DNA of 64,000 bases, taken from positions 28,706,543-28,770,542 of the forward strand of contig NC_069000.1 of assembly GCF_001194135.2 (NCBI RefSeq), given 5' to 3'. The translations under genes and the position numbers were made by a program. This DNA is from Octopus bimaculoides (Eukaryota). The notes below the pieces were generated by a model. The model did no database searches, was not told where the DNA came from, and worked only from the letters and a program-made list of their open reading frames with translations. This document shows positions 37,578-50,975 of this stretch, piece by piece. Numbering within the stretch: the first letter of the stretch is position 1; every line of letters starts with the position of its first letter.

Positions 37578-38060
37578 GAGAGGAAGAGATAGACAGGTAA
37601 ATAATAAAAGAAAAGGATATTCACACACACATATATATGAACATAACTTTCTTACTGTCAGTATATTGATAAATCTCTTTCTCTCTCTCTCTCTTAGATA
37701 ACCCTGTAAGGCTCTTTGACATGAAAAACAATATTTTCCTTTGTTCCTGAATTACATAGGTAAATATTGAGAGAGATCTTTATAACTTCAAAGAAGTCAT
37801 CAATTGCTGGCTGGTCGAAGAAAAAGTACATTTGACACTAAATGCTGCATATTTTTATGTCCATGTTGCAGTATCAATTATAGATAACTATGTTGTCAAG
37901 AAATACAATGGAATATTTTTCTACTTGAGTAAACAAAAAAAATCAGAAAGCCCTCAATTCCTACAACTGAACTAGCATATCTGAATTTTTAACTCCATAA
38001 ATGAATCAAGGTAACATATATGTGTGTATATACACACATGTATATGCATAATATAATATA

Positions 38061-39300
38061 TTAGGTTGGCAACTAAGTTCCCTCCGTTTTTTTAAATTTT
38101 GGAATTTATTGCATTTTTAAATATTGGAATCTATTTTTTTCGAGAATTCTATTTTTGAATCATTTTGGAATCTATTTTGCTTTCTTTCTAGTTAATTTTA
38201 GTTAATTTTGTTTATCTTCAGATCATTACAATGGAATGTCAAGTTAAGAAAAACGAGCATTTTCAACACCTCCTTCTTTTTGCTTTTAATCAAGGTTCTA
38301 AGGCCGCAAAAGCTGCTCGCGACATTTGTGCTTTGTATGGAGAGGATGTCATAGCTGAAAGAGCCATTTGTGATTGGTATGCCAAGTTCAAAAATTGAAA
38401 TTTTGACCTCAAAGACGCACCTCGTTCTGGCTTTCTAGTTGAGTTCGATGAAGAGCGATTAAACCAACTTTTGCACGAAAATTCTCGTCAAACGACAAGG
38501 GAACTGGCAGAGAAAATGGAATGCTCCCACACTGCTATAGAGAAGCATCTTCACTCGAAGAAAAAGGTTCAGAAGTATGGAGCATGGTTTCCGCAGACTT
38601 TAAGTGACAACAGCAAAAACCAATGAGCCACAATCTCCGCTGGTTTGCTTGCTCGTCACCGGCTCAACTCATGGACACAAGCAACGACTTCTTTACTGAA
38701 TAGTTAGTGGTGATGAAAAATGGTGCCTGTACATCAATATGAAGCAACGTAAGGAATGGCTTAGTCCTGGTAAACAAGCGATACCGTGCATGAAACAAGA
38801 TCTTCATCCGCGTAAAACGATGTTGTGCACATGGTGGGACTGGGAAGGGATTATCCATTACGAATTGCTTGAATGGAACCACACAGTACACGCAGAACTC
38901 TATGTTCAACAGCTGGAATGATTCAACATGGCTATTCAAGAGAAAAGACCTAATTGGCAGCATGGGGTTCTGCTGCACGACAACGCCTGCCCTCATATTG
39001 CCAATATGACCAAGGAAGCCATTCAAATGCATGGGTGGGAAGTGCTGCCACACTCGCCATACTCTTCTGATTTGGCATCAATGGATTTCCACCTCTTTCG
39101 ATCTCTTTCAAATGCTATGCGCAGAGTTTCATTCAATACTGATGCAGAATTGAGAGCTTGGTTGGATCAATTTTTCGAGTTGAAATCAGGTGATTTCTAC
39201 CAAGGTATTGAAAATCTTGTTGAACATTGGGAAGAAGTTGTAAGCAACAAGGGAGAATACATTATTGATTAATTAGTTGTTATTCTTTATTAAACCTTTT
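38061..39300 (+). mobile_element. Mariner DNA transposon, near full-length, transposase pseudogene 38231-39272; right TIR in gap
   Basis: TA + ttaggttggcaactaagttcc TIR; MECQVKKNEHFQHLLLFAF, YGAWFPQTL (WVPHEL-like), SGDEKW, LHDNACPH, HSPYSSDLASMDFHLFRSL (YSPDL); few stops and frameshifts. Confidence 0.95.
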
Positions 39301-39849
39301 NNNNNNNNNNNNNNNNNNNNNNNNNNNNNNNNNNNNNNNNNNNNNNNNNNNNNNNNNNNNNNNNNNNNNNNNNNNNNNNNNNNNNNNNNNNNNNNNNNNN
39401 NNNNNNNNNNNNNNNNNNNNNNNNNNNNNNNNNNNNNNNNNNNNNNNNNNNNNNNNNNNNNNNNNNNNNNNNNNNNNNNNNNNNNNNNNNNNNNNNNNNN
39501 NNNNNNNNNNNNNNNNNNNNNNNNNNNNNNNNNNNNNNNNNNNNNNNNNNNNNNNNNNNNNNNNNNNNNNNNNNNNNNNNNNNNNNNNNNNNNNNNNNNN
39601 NNNNNNNNNNNNNNNNNNNNNNNNNNNNNNNNNNNNNNNNNNNNNNNNNNNNNNNNNNNNNNNNNNNNNNNNNNNNNNNNNNNNNNNNNNNNNNNNNNNN
39701 NNNNNNNNNNNNNNNNNNNNNNNNNNNNNNNNNNNNNNNNNNNNNNNNNNNNNNNNNNNNNNNNNNNNNNNNNNNNNNNNNNNNNNNNNNNNNNNNNNNN
39801 NNNNNNNTATATATATATATATATATATATATCTTTATCTGTGCATGTG

Positions 39850-40022
39850 ATTGTGTCTGTGTTTGTCCCCCCACCACCATTTATAACTGGTGTTGGTGTG
39901 TTTACATCTCTAACTTAGCAGTTCAGCATAAGAGACTGGTAGAATAAGTACCAGGCTTAAAAAAAAAATACATAAGTACTGTGGTTGATTCATTCATCTA
40001 AAAATTCTTCAGGGCAGTGCCT
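39850..40022 (+). mobile_element. SINE family A 3' half
   Basis: ctggtgttggtgtgtttacatctctaacttagcagttcagc...gaataagtaccaggctt. Confidence 0.7.
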
Positions 40023-40034
40023 CCCAATGAAAAA

Positions 40035-40520
40035 CATTGTTGTTACTAAAACAATATACAATGCCATCCCCCCCCCAAAAAGGAAAACTGCTCTGAGATA
40101 AATATAAAGTATCCTGCTGCTATTGAATAAATATATAAACATAAACACAAGGAATATTGATGGGAGATTCATATCAAAACGCCTAGTGCAAATATAACAG
40201 GTTGAATATCATTGATTGGGATAGACAAGAAAAAGTGTCTACCATCATAGAGGTCATACTGATGTGAATGTCTCTTCAAAAATCAAAGAGAAAGTGGATA
40301 ACTACAGACAACTGCTTCAAAACCTCCAACTTCTATATCCAGATTATAAATTCTCATTTATACCAATAATAATTGATGTACTTGATTTTGTGAGTAAAAG
40401 CAAATGACAACTGGGAAGAGCTAGGATTTTCAGGAAAAGAAATCAACCAAATGACACACATTGCAAATACAATCTGTCAGCAGAAAAGTAAAAATATGCG
40501 AGACTTCTCCAAGTTCCAAA
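40035..40520 (+). mobile_element. Restriction-like-endonuclease non-LTR retrotransposon remnant (distinct subfamily)
   Basis: VVTKTIYNAI, IIDWDRQEKVSTIIEV, DVNVSSKIKEKVDNYRQLLQNLQLLYPDYKFSFIPIII, LQIQSVSRKVKICET. Confidence 0.7.
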
Positions 40521-41699
40521 TGTGAATTTGCTTTTAAGTACATTCCTATGATAAGAGCTTTGTGCATTTGTCAGAAACCTGCTTCTTCTGTACAGGAAGA
40601 CTTCAAATAAAAATAGAAGAGAATGTACACATAGTGTGACACACACACATATACACAGAGACACACATTTGGTGCACGCAGTGCAACATTATCTTAGGTT
40701 GTTTCCATTTATGGCTACTAAAGTTTGTTCACATATATTAGGACAGTCACTTCTTGCTGTCAAAAATTCAGTAAACCTGTGATTGAGCTCAGTGGAAACC
40801 AATAACTAGTGTCACTTTTGTTCACAAATTGTGATGTAAAATATTTGCTAAAACTAAGTAGGCATTTTATAAAACCAAGTATCGAGTTATATTGCAATGG
40901 AAAATAAACAAAAAGAAAAAGAAAAGAAGAAAGCCTAAATAATGAATAATAAAAAAAAACCTACATATGCACAATTATGCTTTCTCCTCATTTTTGCAAA
41001 TAAATAAGAAATGTGAAATAGAAAACCAAGAGATCTAATTAAATGCAATTAGAACTTTTAAGTGTTCATTAAGAAATATATTTAAAGTCGCCAGATGCAT
41101 ATAAATTTAGGCGTATCCATATATGCTCAATTAAACTTTAGTTATAATAAATTGGCAAGCATTTTGAATTGCTGACCTCCTTTGCCTTCCTCTCACCATC
41201 ACCACTACCTTAGCTCACCAACCAATTATATTTGTGTGCACTTGCAGAGGCAGACAATATATCCACACAAATATATGCATCCATACAAATACAGACATAT
41301 ATAGGTAACTGAAGATAACAATGGAGGCACCATGTGGTGGTTCAGTCTGGAAGAAATGGGCCCTACATTTCCTTTAAATCACACTCTGTCATTTTGGAGT
41401 AGAGAGATACATTGGGTGCACTGTGACTGGGGAAAAGATGGCCATGGAATAAATGCCTATGAATATAAGTCTACCTGCTCATAGCTGACCTGAGGGCCAA
41501 ACAACAACACTAAGCGTACAAGCATTTGAATATGAGACTACAAACAGACACCATACCAACATACGCACACTTATATGCCATGAGCTAATTTCTATATAGT
41601 CACTCAGTTTGCTAAAAATAGCAGTGTAACAGCTAAGTTTCCTTTAAAATCCAACCAACTATTTAAAAAAAAAGGATAGAATTACTCCAGGTCCTAGAA

Positions 41700-42145
41700 G
41701 TTACGTACACAGGTACAAGAGCAAAATGTAGTAACTCTGGATAGCAACAAATAAAGAGTTTGACATTCTTGCTCTCTTCATTATAGTCCTGAACTATGGA
41801 CTTATGACAAGAGCAGGAACTAGATTTCACTATTATACCTAAGAGATCTAGACTACTCCTGGATCAGGGAGTAAGTACTAGAGGTCTTGGGGAGAATGAT
41901 GAGTGTGCCAAAACTGGCCTTCAACTGAATATCTGAGATCATCACCTAAAATATCTTTCCAGACCATCTACCTCTAATGAGAACAGGAGACTGCTCTGAA
42001 TGAAGTCTAAGCCTTCAAATACCTGAGCTCGTGAGTAAGATCTCATAATGAGAAAGGCACTTATTATGAAAGGCTCTGAATGATATGACCAGCTTCCTTG
42101 ACATATTAAGAGCAGCTTCAGTGATACTATAAGGTCTGTTTTATT
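41700..42145 (+). mobile_element. RTE-clade LINE RT remnant (different family from 32995)
   Basis: DILALFIIVLNY, LDFTIIPKRSR, CAKTGLQLN, FKYLSS, ILRAAS. Confidence 0.65.
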
Positions 42146-42639
42146 ATATAACTGTGAATGCTTAAATCTCTGGATGGGTATACATCAAAATGTTGTGTGT
42201 AGTACTTAACATCAAAAGAAATAAGCATGTTAGTAATAAGTATCTGTGTAGGAGGTAGCCAGGGATAATTTCTCTGCTTCAGTTTCTTTGCCTCTTGGTT
42301 TCAACCAATTTAGCCATTCTGTAAGTGAATTGCATGAGAGAGGCAAACAAATGTGATTTCCATGAACATCTCTTGATAAATCCATTTTGTTTCTTATAAT
42401 CACTAGAGGAGAATTTTTAAGACAAGAGAGGAATGGGGAGGGGGGAGACTGCTGCTGTTGTCAAGACCACTACAACAAGGAGGTTTCTACATAATGGCTT
42501 AACTTGCTGAAAATAACAGTCAAATCTTCCTCAAACTCACCAACTGTTTAAAAAAAGGAGTCATTGAAATGTCAAGAAAGGAGACAGAGGTGTCAGAGAT
42601 AGTGCAGGAGAAGTGAAGGGCAGGATGGAAAGATAGATT

Positions 42640-42688
<49 letters not shown>

Positions 42689-42745
42689 ATAGGAAGGACA
42701 ACAAAAGAAAGAAAGAGACCTCGATATTATGTAAATAGAGGAATT

Positions 42746-42913
42746 TATCTGTAAAAATATGTGACACTTATTTGGTAGCCATGATAAAACCCCTGTCAGG
42801 AATTTTCAATGGCCGGATAACTGAAGAGATAGCAGCGTGGGTTCCCACCACAGCATCCGAAACTCGGAGTTTTATCATGGCTACCGAATAAGTGTCACAT
42901 ATTTTTACAGATA
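42746..42913. repeat. 168-bp foldback element with 45-bp arms (44/45 identical) enclosing a hammerhead motif
   Basis: tatctgtaaaaatatgtgacacttatttggtagccatgataaaac / gttttatcatggctaccgaataagtgtcacatatttttacagata, abutting (TA)n. Confidence 0.9.
42816..42876 (+). ncRNA. Type I minimal hammerhead ribozyme motif with intact core
   Basis: Stem I gataa/ttatc; CTGAAGA; stem II gat(a)gc...gcatc with inner gtgg-gttc-ccac; GAAA; stem III ctc-g-gag; UH = TT (cleavage predicted after 42871). Confidence 0.7.
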
Positions 42914-44199
42914 TATATATATACACACACACACACACATATAGCCCACTCTGCTGAGTGGTTGGTGTTAGGAAGAGCATCCAGCATTAAAAACCCTGCC
43001 ATAACAGTCACAGAAGTCTGGTACAGGCTTAGGCCTGGCCAGCCCTTGTAGTACCATTCCACATTTATTCACAATTTAATAGAAAACATACATTTTGTTT
43101 TTTTGTTCTTCAAAGACAACACTCCCCTTCCCCCACCTTCATGCCACTGTGCATCAATGTCCAATCCACTATCTCTCACAACATTCTATACTGACCTCTA
43201 AGCTTACCCTCCCTGACCCAGTCCTACTACCACTGCTCATGGCTCTAATAATCTAGTTCTTCACACACTGTTGATCTCACTCACTCTCTCTCCCTCTCCC
43301 CTATCTCCCCCTCCCCCCTCTCTCTCTCTCAATCACTGCCAATATTTCTTTCCTTATAAAGTCACAAATTGTAATTCACAGTCAATATTCTTACACACAC
43401 ACACACACACTGAATGTGAAGAAAATGGAGGATGGGCAGAGGTAGAGGAGGGGATTTTCTGCACCAAATGAACTAACCTTTTCTATAAGAAAAAAAAAAC
43501 TGCTCTCTCTCTCTCTCCCACCTAAAAAGCAGTGGCTGGTTGGAAAAGGCCATTTTATTTTACAAACAATTGCTCCTCTCTTCACCACCTCACACATACA
43601 TATACATATAAAATATACAAACAAAGAAATGTTACAGAAATTTTGGGTTTGTTTACATTTGGTTTTCACAAATGAGAGAAAGAGAAGTCAATACATAAAA
43701 AAAGTACTTCAGGCTTTTGTATACCCATTACAATCCCAACTAACGAAGGATTTATATATAATAAGTGTCCACTCATTCTGAATGTGATCACTTTTTGATG
43801 TGTGCCAAACTCTTTTTTCCAATTCAGAAATTCTTAGTGAACCAGTCAAGGCTGCTGTAAAAGCATTCCATGGTTACATACATGTCACCAAAAACCCCAT
43901 GGCAAAGGTCTTGAAAATAAACACATGATTGATAGTTTTATGTTGCTTTGTTTCAGTAGCTTAGAAGGCAAATGTGAATGGGCTTTGAAGATTCTCAAGG
44001 ACAAAACTGATCAATTTCTGTTGTTAATCAGAGTGCTAAATATCACAGCAAGACGAAATAAATGTTAACTCAACAAATAGATAAAAACTCTGCTGGAATA
44101 GCGAAATGTCTCCTCTACAGCAAGAAACCTATTCCTGTCCCTCTTAGCAAACTTTAGCCTCTCAATACTTAGCACAAAGCCATCTCCCTCAATACTGTG

Positions 44200-44420
44200 C
44201 ACTAACTCTATCAAGGGGTCTCGTCTTGCAAGATATTTGGTGACCTCACTCGTGTTGGTGCCATGAAAAAAGTGGCAGGCATTATGGAAGGTATCCAGTC
44301 CAGCCATAGAAATAATGTCAAAGCAGATATTGGTGCTCAACACAATCTTCTGATTTGTTGGATCCTATCAAACCATCCAACCCATGCTACCATGGAATAC
44401 AGATGTTAAATGATGATAAT
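44200..44420 (+). mobile_element. RTE-tail-type short repeat
   Basis: caaaccatccaacccatgctaccatggaatacagatgttaaatgatgat. Confidence 0.65.
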
Positions 44421-44437
44421 TATTATATATATATATA

Positions 44438-44480
<43 letters not shown>

Positions 44481-46407
44481 TATACTAAAGTTAGATATTT
44501 AAATAAATATATAAAAATATAAAACAACCCAATTTCACTCAACTGGAAAATATTTTACTTCATGTTTAAACCAAGATTATTGATGGAGAGGAAATGTTTT
44601 TCAGGAAACTTGTCTCCATTACTTCCCAAAAACAGTATTGGTTCTACATTCTCTCAAGGAAAAAAAAAATACAAATTATAACAAGTTCTCAAATCTCTGG
44701 AAGATATCTGAAGGAGCCAACAACATCCAGTGATAACATAAGTGATTTAGATAAACAAGCTTGTCCACTCTAAATGCAGTAAATCTAATCCCTCGCTCAG
44801 TTCAACACCACCACAAGGTCCTTAGGTGCCTTTAGCAAAGTTCACTTTACTGCAGGCATTTGAGTCAGGTTTCTGGTCTGAGGATAATTTCCTTCATCAC
44901 TACCACAAGTAATGGAGGCCCTCAAAAAGGTCATGGGTTTTGCCCTATCTTTACATTGATAAGGTGCAGTGAAAGAAATGCAAAATTCCGGACTAAATTA
45001 TCTTACAGGATTTCTTGTTTTGTCCCTCAATATTCCATGTTCAAATACCATTATTGTCAGTTTTATTTTTATTTCATCCTTGCAGAGTAATAAAAAGTAT
45101 TGCTGACAAAAGGCTGATTAGATAAAGTATAAAGATAAGGTCAGTTTGTTGGCTTGAGTTCCTATGCAGATAATTTTCTTATATTTCTCAGCAAGACATG
45201 CACATAGGGATTACGACACCAGGTTTCATAAAAGACTCTGTGAGAGAAAGCAACTTTAGGGATTGCTTGACCTGCTAAAAAAAAAAACAAAAAAAACAGA
45301 AGCCAAATCTCCTTTAGATCGCATTCTATTATCTTAAAAATGGAAGGTCACATTGAATAATACAATACAGTCCTAAATAAACTATCAGAAAAGATAAGAT
45401 AGTTATGGATAAAATACCTTTCATCAAAAGTTTTTCCAGTGCAGGGCTGACTTGAGGCTAAACAACAAACTCTAAAAATGATAATAAGTAGAACCGGTAG
45501 AGCAACAAACAAGATATCTTGTGATACTCTAATTAGTTTGCAACATTCACCAACATTATGTCTTTGTTGCTCAGAGTGCTGAGATCAAGTCCTATGTACA
45601 TGAATACTGACAGAAGCCACACATACACTGATTCTATTTAATCATTTCTATATTAAAGTTAGATGGATACACAAGACAATGAATATTTGATTAGATTTCT
45701 TCTGCAAAAATTTTCCATTTTTAATGAAATTTGAACATTTTTAACTTCATGTCTAACAAGATATGGTTGTGTAGTTAACAATTTGATTCATAACCAGGTG
45801 GTTTTGATTTGACTGTGACTTCTTGGGCAGTGTCTTTTACCATAATCTTAAGTCAACTAATTTGATAAATGGAAACTGTGAGGAATCCTGTTGGAAGAAC
45901 TGTTTCTGTTATTGAGTGGTATGTTTAACTTGTCATCTAGTTTAACACGACCACCTAGCAGATAGCTGTCCTTAGCAGAGACCACTCTGTTGCAAGCAAT
46001 TGGACCAGATATCTGGTCAGAAGATAAGTATTTCCCTTCTTCCACAAGCCATGAAGGCTCTTCCATTGACTAAGACATTAAAATAATAAAATTAGCACAA
46101 AACCAAATAATTCATTAACCTGAGCATCCTATTATATANNNNNNNNNNNNNNNNNNNNNNNNNNNNNNNNNNNNNNNNNNNNNNNNNNNNNNNNNNNNNN
46201 NNNNNNNNNNNNNNNNNNNNNNNNNNNNNNNNNNNNNNNNNNNNNNNNNNNNNNNNNNNNNNNNNNNNNNNNNNNNNNNNNNNNNNNNNNNNNNNNNNNN
46301 NNNNNNNNNNNNNNNNNNNNNNNNNNNNNNNNNNNNNNNNNNNNNNNNNNNNNNNNNNNNNNNNNNNNNNNNNNNNNNNNNNNNNNNNNNNNNNNNNNNN
46401 NNNNNNN

Positions 46408-46454
<47 letters not shown>

Positions 46455-47158
46455 ATATATATATTCTTAATATAGAAGTATGGTTAGGAAGTGCACACTG
46501 GAGCATATTGGGCAAGTGCCTTCTACAATAATCTTGGGTCAATGTCTGGTGAATGAAATTGTACAAAAGCCTGTTGTGTGTGTGTGTGGGGGGGGGTATG
46601 TGTTTGTCTCTGTGATTGTTATCAATGAAAATAAATGAGGTTTGTGTTTATATCCTACAACTTAGTGATGTGCCAAAACAGAAATCACCAAAATAAAAAT
46701 CAAATTTAAAAGTATATACTAAGGCTGATACGATTGACTAAAACCTTTAAATGTGGTGCCCTAGCATAGCTGCAGTTCACTAACTGAAGTAAATTTTAAT
46801 TGTTTCAGTCAATTGTGTAAAACTGGGTCCAGAAAGGAGGACTTGTGAGTTAAATGCAGCTGGTATTTAACTAAAACTTCTGTAGGTTGGTACCTGAAGA
46901 AAAAGTGAAAGCAAAGATGGAATAGAGTTATGAGGAAGGACTGGACAAAGTATTTACAAAACAGATTGAAAGGAGCAGGGTCGCAAAAAGAGAGAGGCAT
47001 TGATTGAGCTCAGGCAGGGATAATACACAGATCGCATACATAAAGAAGCAAAAGATGTCATAGAAGTAGAAGGAAAGCCAGAGAGAAGAGACAACAGGTG
47101 TTTTGATTTGCAGTGGGGGGTTAATGAATAGTTTATTTTTTTAAGTATGTGCTATTGT

Positions 47159-47386
47159 TTAACCCTTTAGCATTTAAACCAACCATATCCAGCCAAAAAT
47201 ATTCTACTTGTTTTACATTCAAACTGACTAGATCCAGCCTCTTATACCTACTCTACAATGTCATTCTAAAAATGACAATCACATCATTGAAAACTTAAAG
47301 CTATGAGATAATACATAATCAATTCAAAACAATGTGAATAAACAAGCATTACATCTGACAGAGTAATCTGAATGCTAAAGGTTTAA
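47159..47386 (+). mobile_element. TTAA-type (piggyBac-like) MITE
   Basis: ttaaccctttagcatt...aatgctaaaggtttaa. Confidence 0.8.
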
Positions 47387-48437
47387 TCCCAAGTTGAGAA
47401 GATCTATGAATATCTATTTTAGCCATGACTATACTGCTATTTTATTCAGATTATCTAAAATGGTCATGTGACCCTTTCTATCATAAATAGTAGGCTGTGA
47501 TTTGATGAAGATTTGGCTTCTATTTATGGCTTTGAAATATTGGGTGTATGAGTTGTTGTTGTTGTTGCTTAACTTTATTTCAACTTTGATTGCACCACAC
47601 TAAGTTAAAAGGCTTTCCAGACATAACCATCCTGTTGATGTTTCTAGGATTATATTATCTGAAATGTTTTATAAGGTAGATTTGCAATTATATTTAGCAG
47701 GTCAAACAACTGTGTAGAGACTCACCATCACCACTAATGCTTTCAAAAAATGCATAAATAAAATCTATGTACACAATGTTATTATACAACCAATAGTTAA
47801 CTTATATTTCACAATGAATTTCATTATTTTAAAAGCTATTCCTTATAAGACAATTGGAGTATAAAATATGAAGTGGGTCTTGCACTTTTAAACTTGATGC
47901 ATTGTGAAGCACCATGATAAAGGTCTTTTTTAACTTTCAACAACACATGAATAGAACAATAATTCAAACAGAATTACATCATGTTGAACTTCTCATCCAT
48001 CATTCCACTTTAAAATTTCCTTTATTTACCTTTATCATTATCATAAATTTTTATCTTTATTCATTATTCTGAAATAAAAGTATCATCAAATTACATAATA
48101 TATTTATAATGGTAAATTTAGACAGATAATCTTGGAAAGCAACAGAAATCACAAAGACAATTCCCCACTCACCTAAAGAAAAACTGCCAAAGAAAAAGAA
48201 AAACAAAACTATATATTAGCAACATATATTCACACACACACACACACACACACACGGAGAAAAATGTGTATGTGTGTGTGCATGTATGTATGTATGTATG
48301 TGTGTACATATTCATGCACTTCTATGTACGCAAATTTAATTTGTCAAAGTTTGACAAACAGAAACACAAGCATGACCTGGCTGAAGTTATCAAGTTCAAA
48401 ACTATATTAAAACTAGATACATCAATGCATGCACATG

Positions 48438-48514
<77 letters not shown>

Positions 48515-48941
48515 GACAGATAGGATAAAAAGACAGACAGACAGCTAGTAAGGTAGCTAGAAAGATAGATAGATAAATAGATAGATAGATAGATACATAC
48601 ATAGACAGACAGACAAAGATTGATAGAGATAAATAGATAAGATAGACAAACAGAAATGTAAATATAGAAAGAGGGAGAATGGAGACAGAGAGAGAGACAG
48701 AGCATTCAAAATCAGCAAGCCATTTCACTTTCACACAGCAAATCTTATGCAAGTAGACCTTAAAGCAAGAATCTGTTAAGACTGACATAAAGGCAATCAT
48801 TCTTCAAGACTTAACACTACCAGCCACCTAAGCACCACTATAACTTATACCCCAGTACATAGAAAATATTTAAAAAGAAAAAGAAAATAAACTTGAGCCA
48901 AGCCGGCAACCAATTTACTTTATACCATCCCTTTCACTTAC

Positions 48942-49009
48942 CCCACACCCATACATATGCGATAGCCCAACTTCTATGCTCTGGGTAGATGGATGAAATG
49001 CAACTGGAT
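48942..49009 (-). other. Isolated candidate 68-nt exon
   Basis: agtttcctgtttcaag| acceptor and GGG|gtaagt donor; two frames open (DPVAFHPSTQSIEVGLSHMYGCG or SSCISSIYPEHRSWAIAYVWVW). Confidence 0.25.
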
Positions 49010-49714
49010 CTTGAAACAGGAAACTATCAGTTACAGGTTTTGCATGTTTTATACATTGAGCCAAGTCAACGACACCAACAACACCAACACACAACCGCAC
49101 ATAAATACACACACACACACACACACACAGCTATACGTATACAGGGTGGAGTGTAAGTAATTGCCACATTTGTTATATAATAGCATTATAAATAGGGATT
49201 ACTTTCTTTACCCCACCCTGAAGAAAGCTACATAAATATATCTACACATACAGTTCAGCAATGACTGTGTGTGTGTGTGTGTGTGTGTGAATAGTGTAGT
49301 GTATATACATGCACATACATGTAGATAGGTATGAGAGTGTGTGTCTAATATGTATGTGAACTTCATTTTCTCTCCTTCCCTTCCCACATACATGTATATG
49401 TATGCGTATGTATACACACATAATTATGCATACCAACACACAGATACATATGTATATATACCTATATACACATTCTCTGAGACTGTTACACTTTAGTCAT
49501 TTGAATATACATCTACTTAATTTGAAAATACACATACATACTCACATGCACATACACATTCCTAATAAAAAGTGAAACAATCAGTAAAATATTTAATTTT
49601 AGTATTAAATCTACAGTTGGAATGAAAAAAATCTGGACATGTTTAACTTATTTCTTCAAATTATGCATTTTGAAAATTAAGAAATATGACTAATGGTAAT
49701 AGTTATTATTATTA

Positions 49715-50961
49715 TTAGGTCATCCCAAAAATAATGCAGATTTTTATACTTCTTTTATTTTTCAAAATTTGGGCAAACAAAGTTCTTTTTTGATCTAAAA
49801 TATACTCCATTTTCAACAATGCTCTTCCATCTATCTGGTAGACTTGCAAGGCCCCTCTTCCAAAATTCACTCATCTGTGACGAAAAATACTCCTTCAGTA
49901 CTGTTCTGACCTTCTCTGCAGAATTCATATTTTTTCTGTCCAAATGATTTTGAAGACTGCAGAATAAAAGATAATCAGATGGGCAATGTCCGGTGAATAT
50001 GGTGGGTGGGTCATCATTTTCCATTCAAACTGCTCCAACTTTTGGCCAAGCATTACCCTAAACACCTTTCATCTTGAAACCTAAGATGGTCGTTTTACTT
50101 CTAGCACTAACTTAAGCTGCTCAAGCTGCTCTCAGTAGATCTCCCTTTGTTATCGTTTGGTTTGGGTTTAAAAGTTCAAAGTGGACTAAACCTTTCATAT
50201 CCCACCAAACAGACAACACCTTATGTGGGTGAAGACTTTCTTTAGCCTGGGGTGCTAGTGCTTCTTCTTTCCCTACCCACTGTCTTCAGCGTTTGACATT
50301 TTTATAGAGAATTCATTTCTCGTCACCAGTCACTATTTGATCCGAAAAAGGTTCATTTGTAAGATGTGACAGCAAAGAGCACACATTCACTCTCTGCATG
50401 CGTTTAGACTCGGAAAGTTTGGGAGGAACCCATTGACCCAATTTACTGACTTTTCCAATGGCACACAGGTGTCGATGAATGGTTGAATGACTAAATCCAG
50501 GCTTCTCTGCTAGTTTCTCAACAGTTACAATGGGATTTTGTTCCACCAGGGTTTGCAGGATGTTCTTGTTGAGCTCTACAGATCTTCCAGGATGAGGCTC
50601 GTTTTCTAGGCTGTAGATTCCGGCTTGGAATTTCTGGAACAACTGTTGACACTGGCTTATGCTTATTGTCCGATCCCCATATATTGCATTAATATTCTTT
50701 GCACTTTCCATTGCATTGTTGCCTTTATTGAACTCATAAAGCAAAATATGCTGAATACACTCCTTTGTCACTTCTATTATAGCTTTGAAAAAGTAAATGT
50801 TAAAATTGAACTGCACTCTTCAAAACTTGCATTAAGAATAAGGACAAGGTAAAATTACTACCTGCTTTTATAGCAAGTTGAGGCAGGTAGTTTATCCCAT
50901 TCTCCCTCCGACTTTTAGTTCATGCAACTGAATAAACCGCATTATTTATGGGATGACCCAA
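49715..50961 (-). mobile_element. Full-length (1247 bp) mariner DNA transposon, decayed transposase
   Basis: TA-flanked TIRs ttaggtcatcccaaaaataatgc / gcattatttatgggatgacccaa; KECIQHILLYEFNKG, GQWVPPKL, IVTGDEK, PSDYLLFCSLQNHL, WKRGLASLPDRWKSIVEN. Confidence 0.95.
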
Positions 50962-50975
50962 TATTATTATTATTA

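Noticed and set aside
40443-40664. Minus-strand ORF resembling an exon (RRSRFLTNAQ...ADRLYLQ)
   Set aside because: Overlaps the plus-strand 3' end of a restriction-like-endonuclease retrotransposon remnant; no good donor.
43800-44065. Two plus-strand acceptor-like sites followed by short open peptides (ILSEPVKAAVKAFH..., SLEGKCEWALKILKD...)
   Set aside because: No consensus donors and no recognisable homology.
45857-46070. Minus-strand ORF MEEPSWLVEEGKYLSS... with a plausible acceptor
   Set aside because: No convincing donor, the 3' part runs into a SINE, and no recognisable motif; left uncalled.
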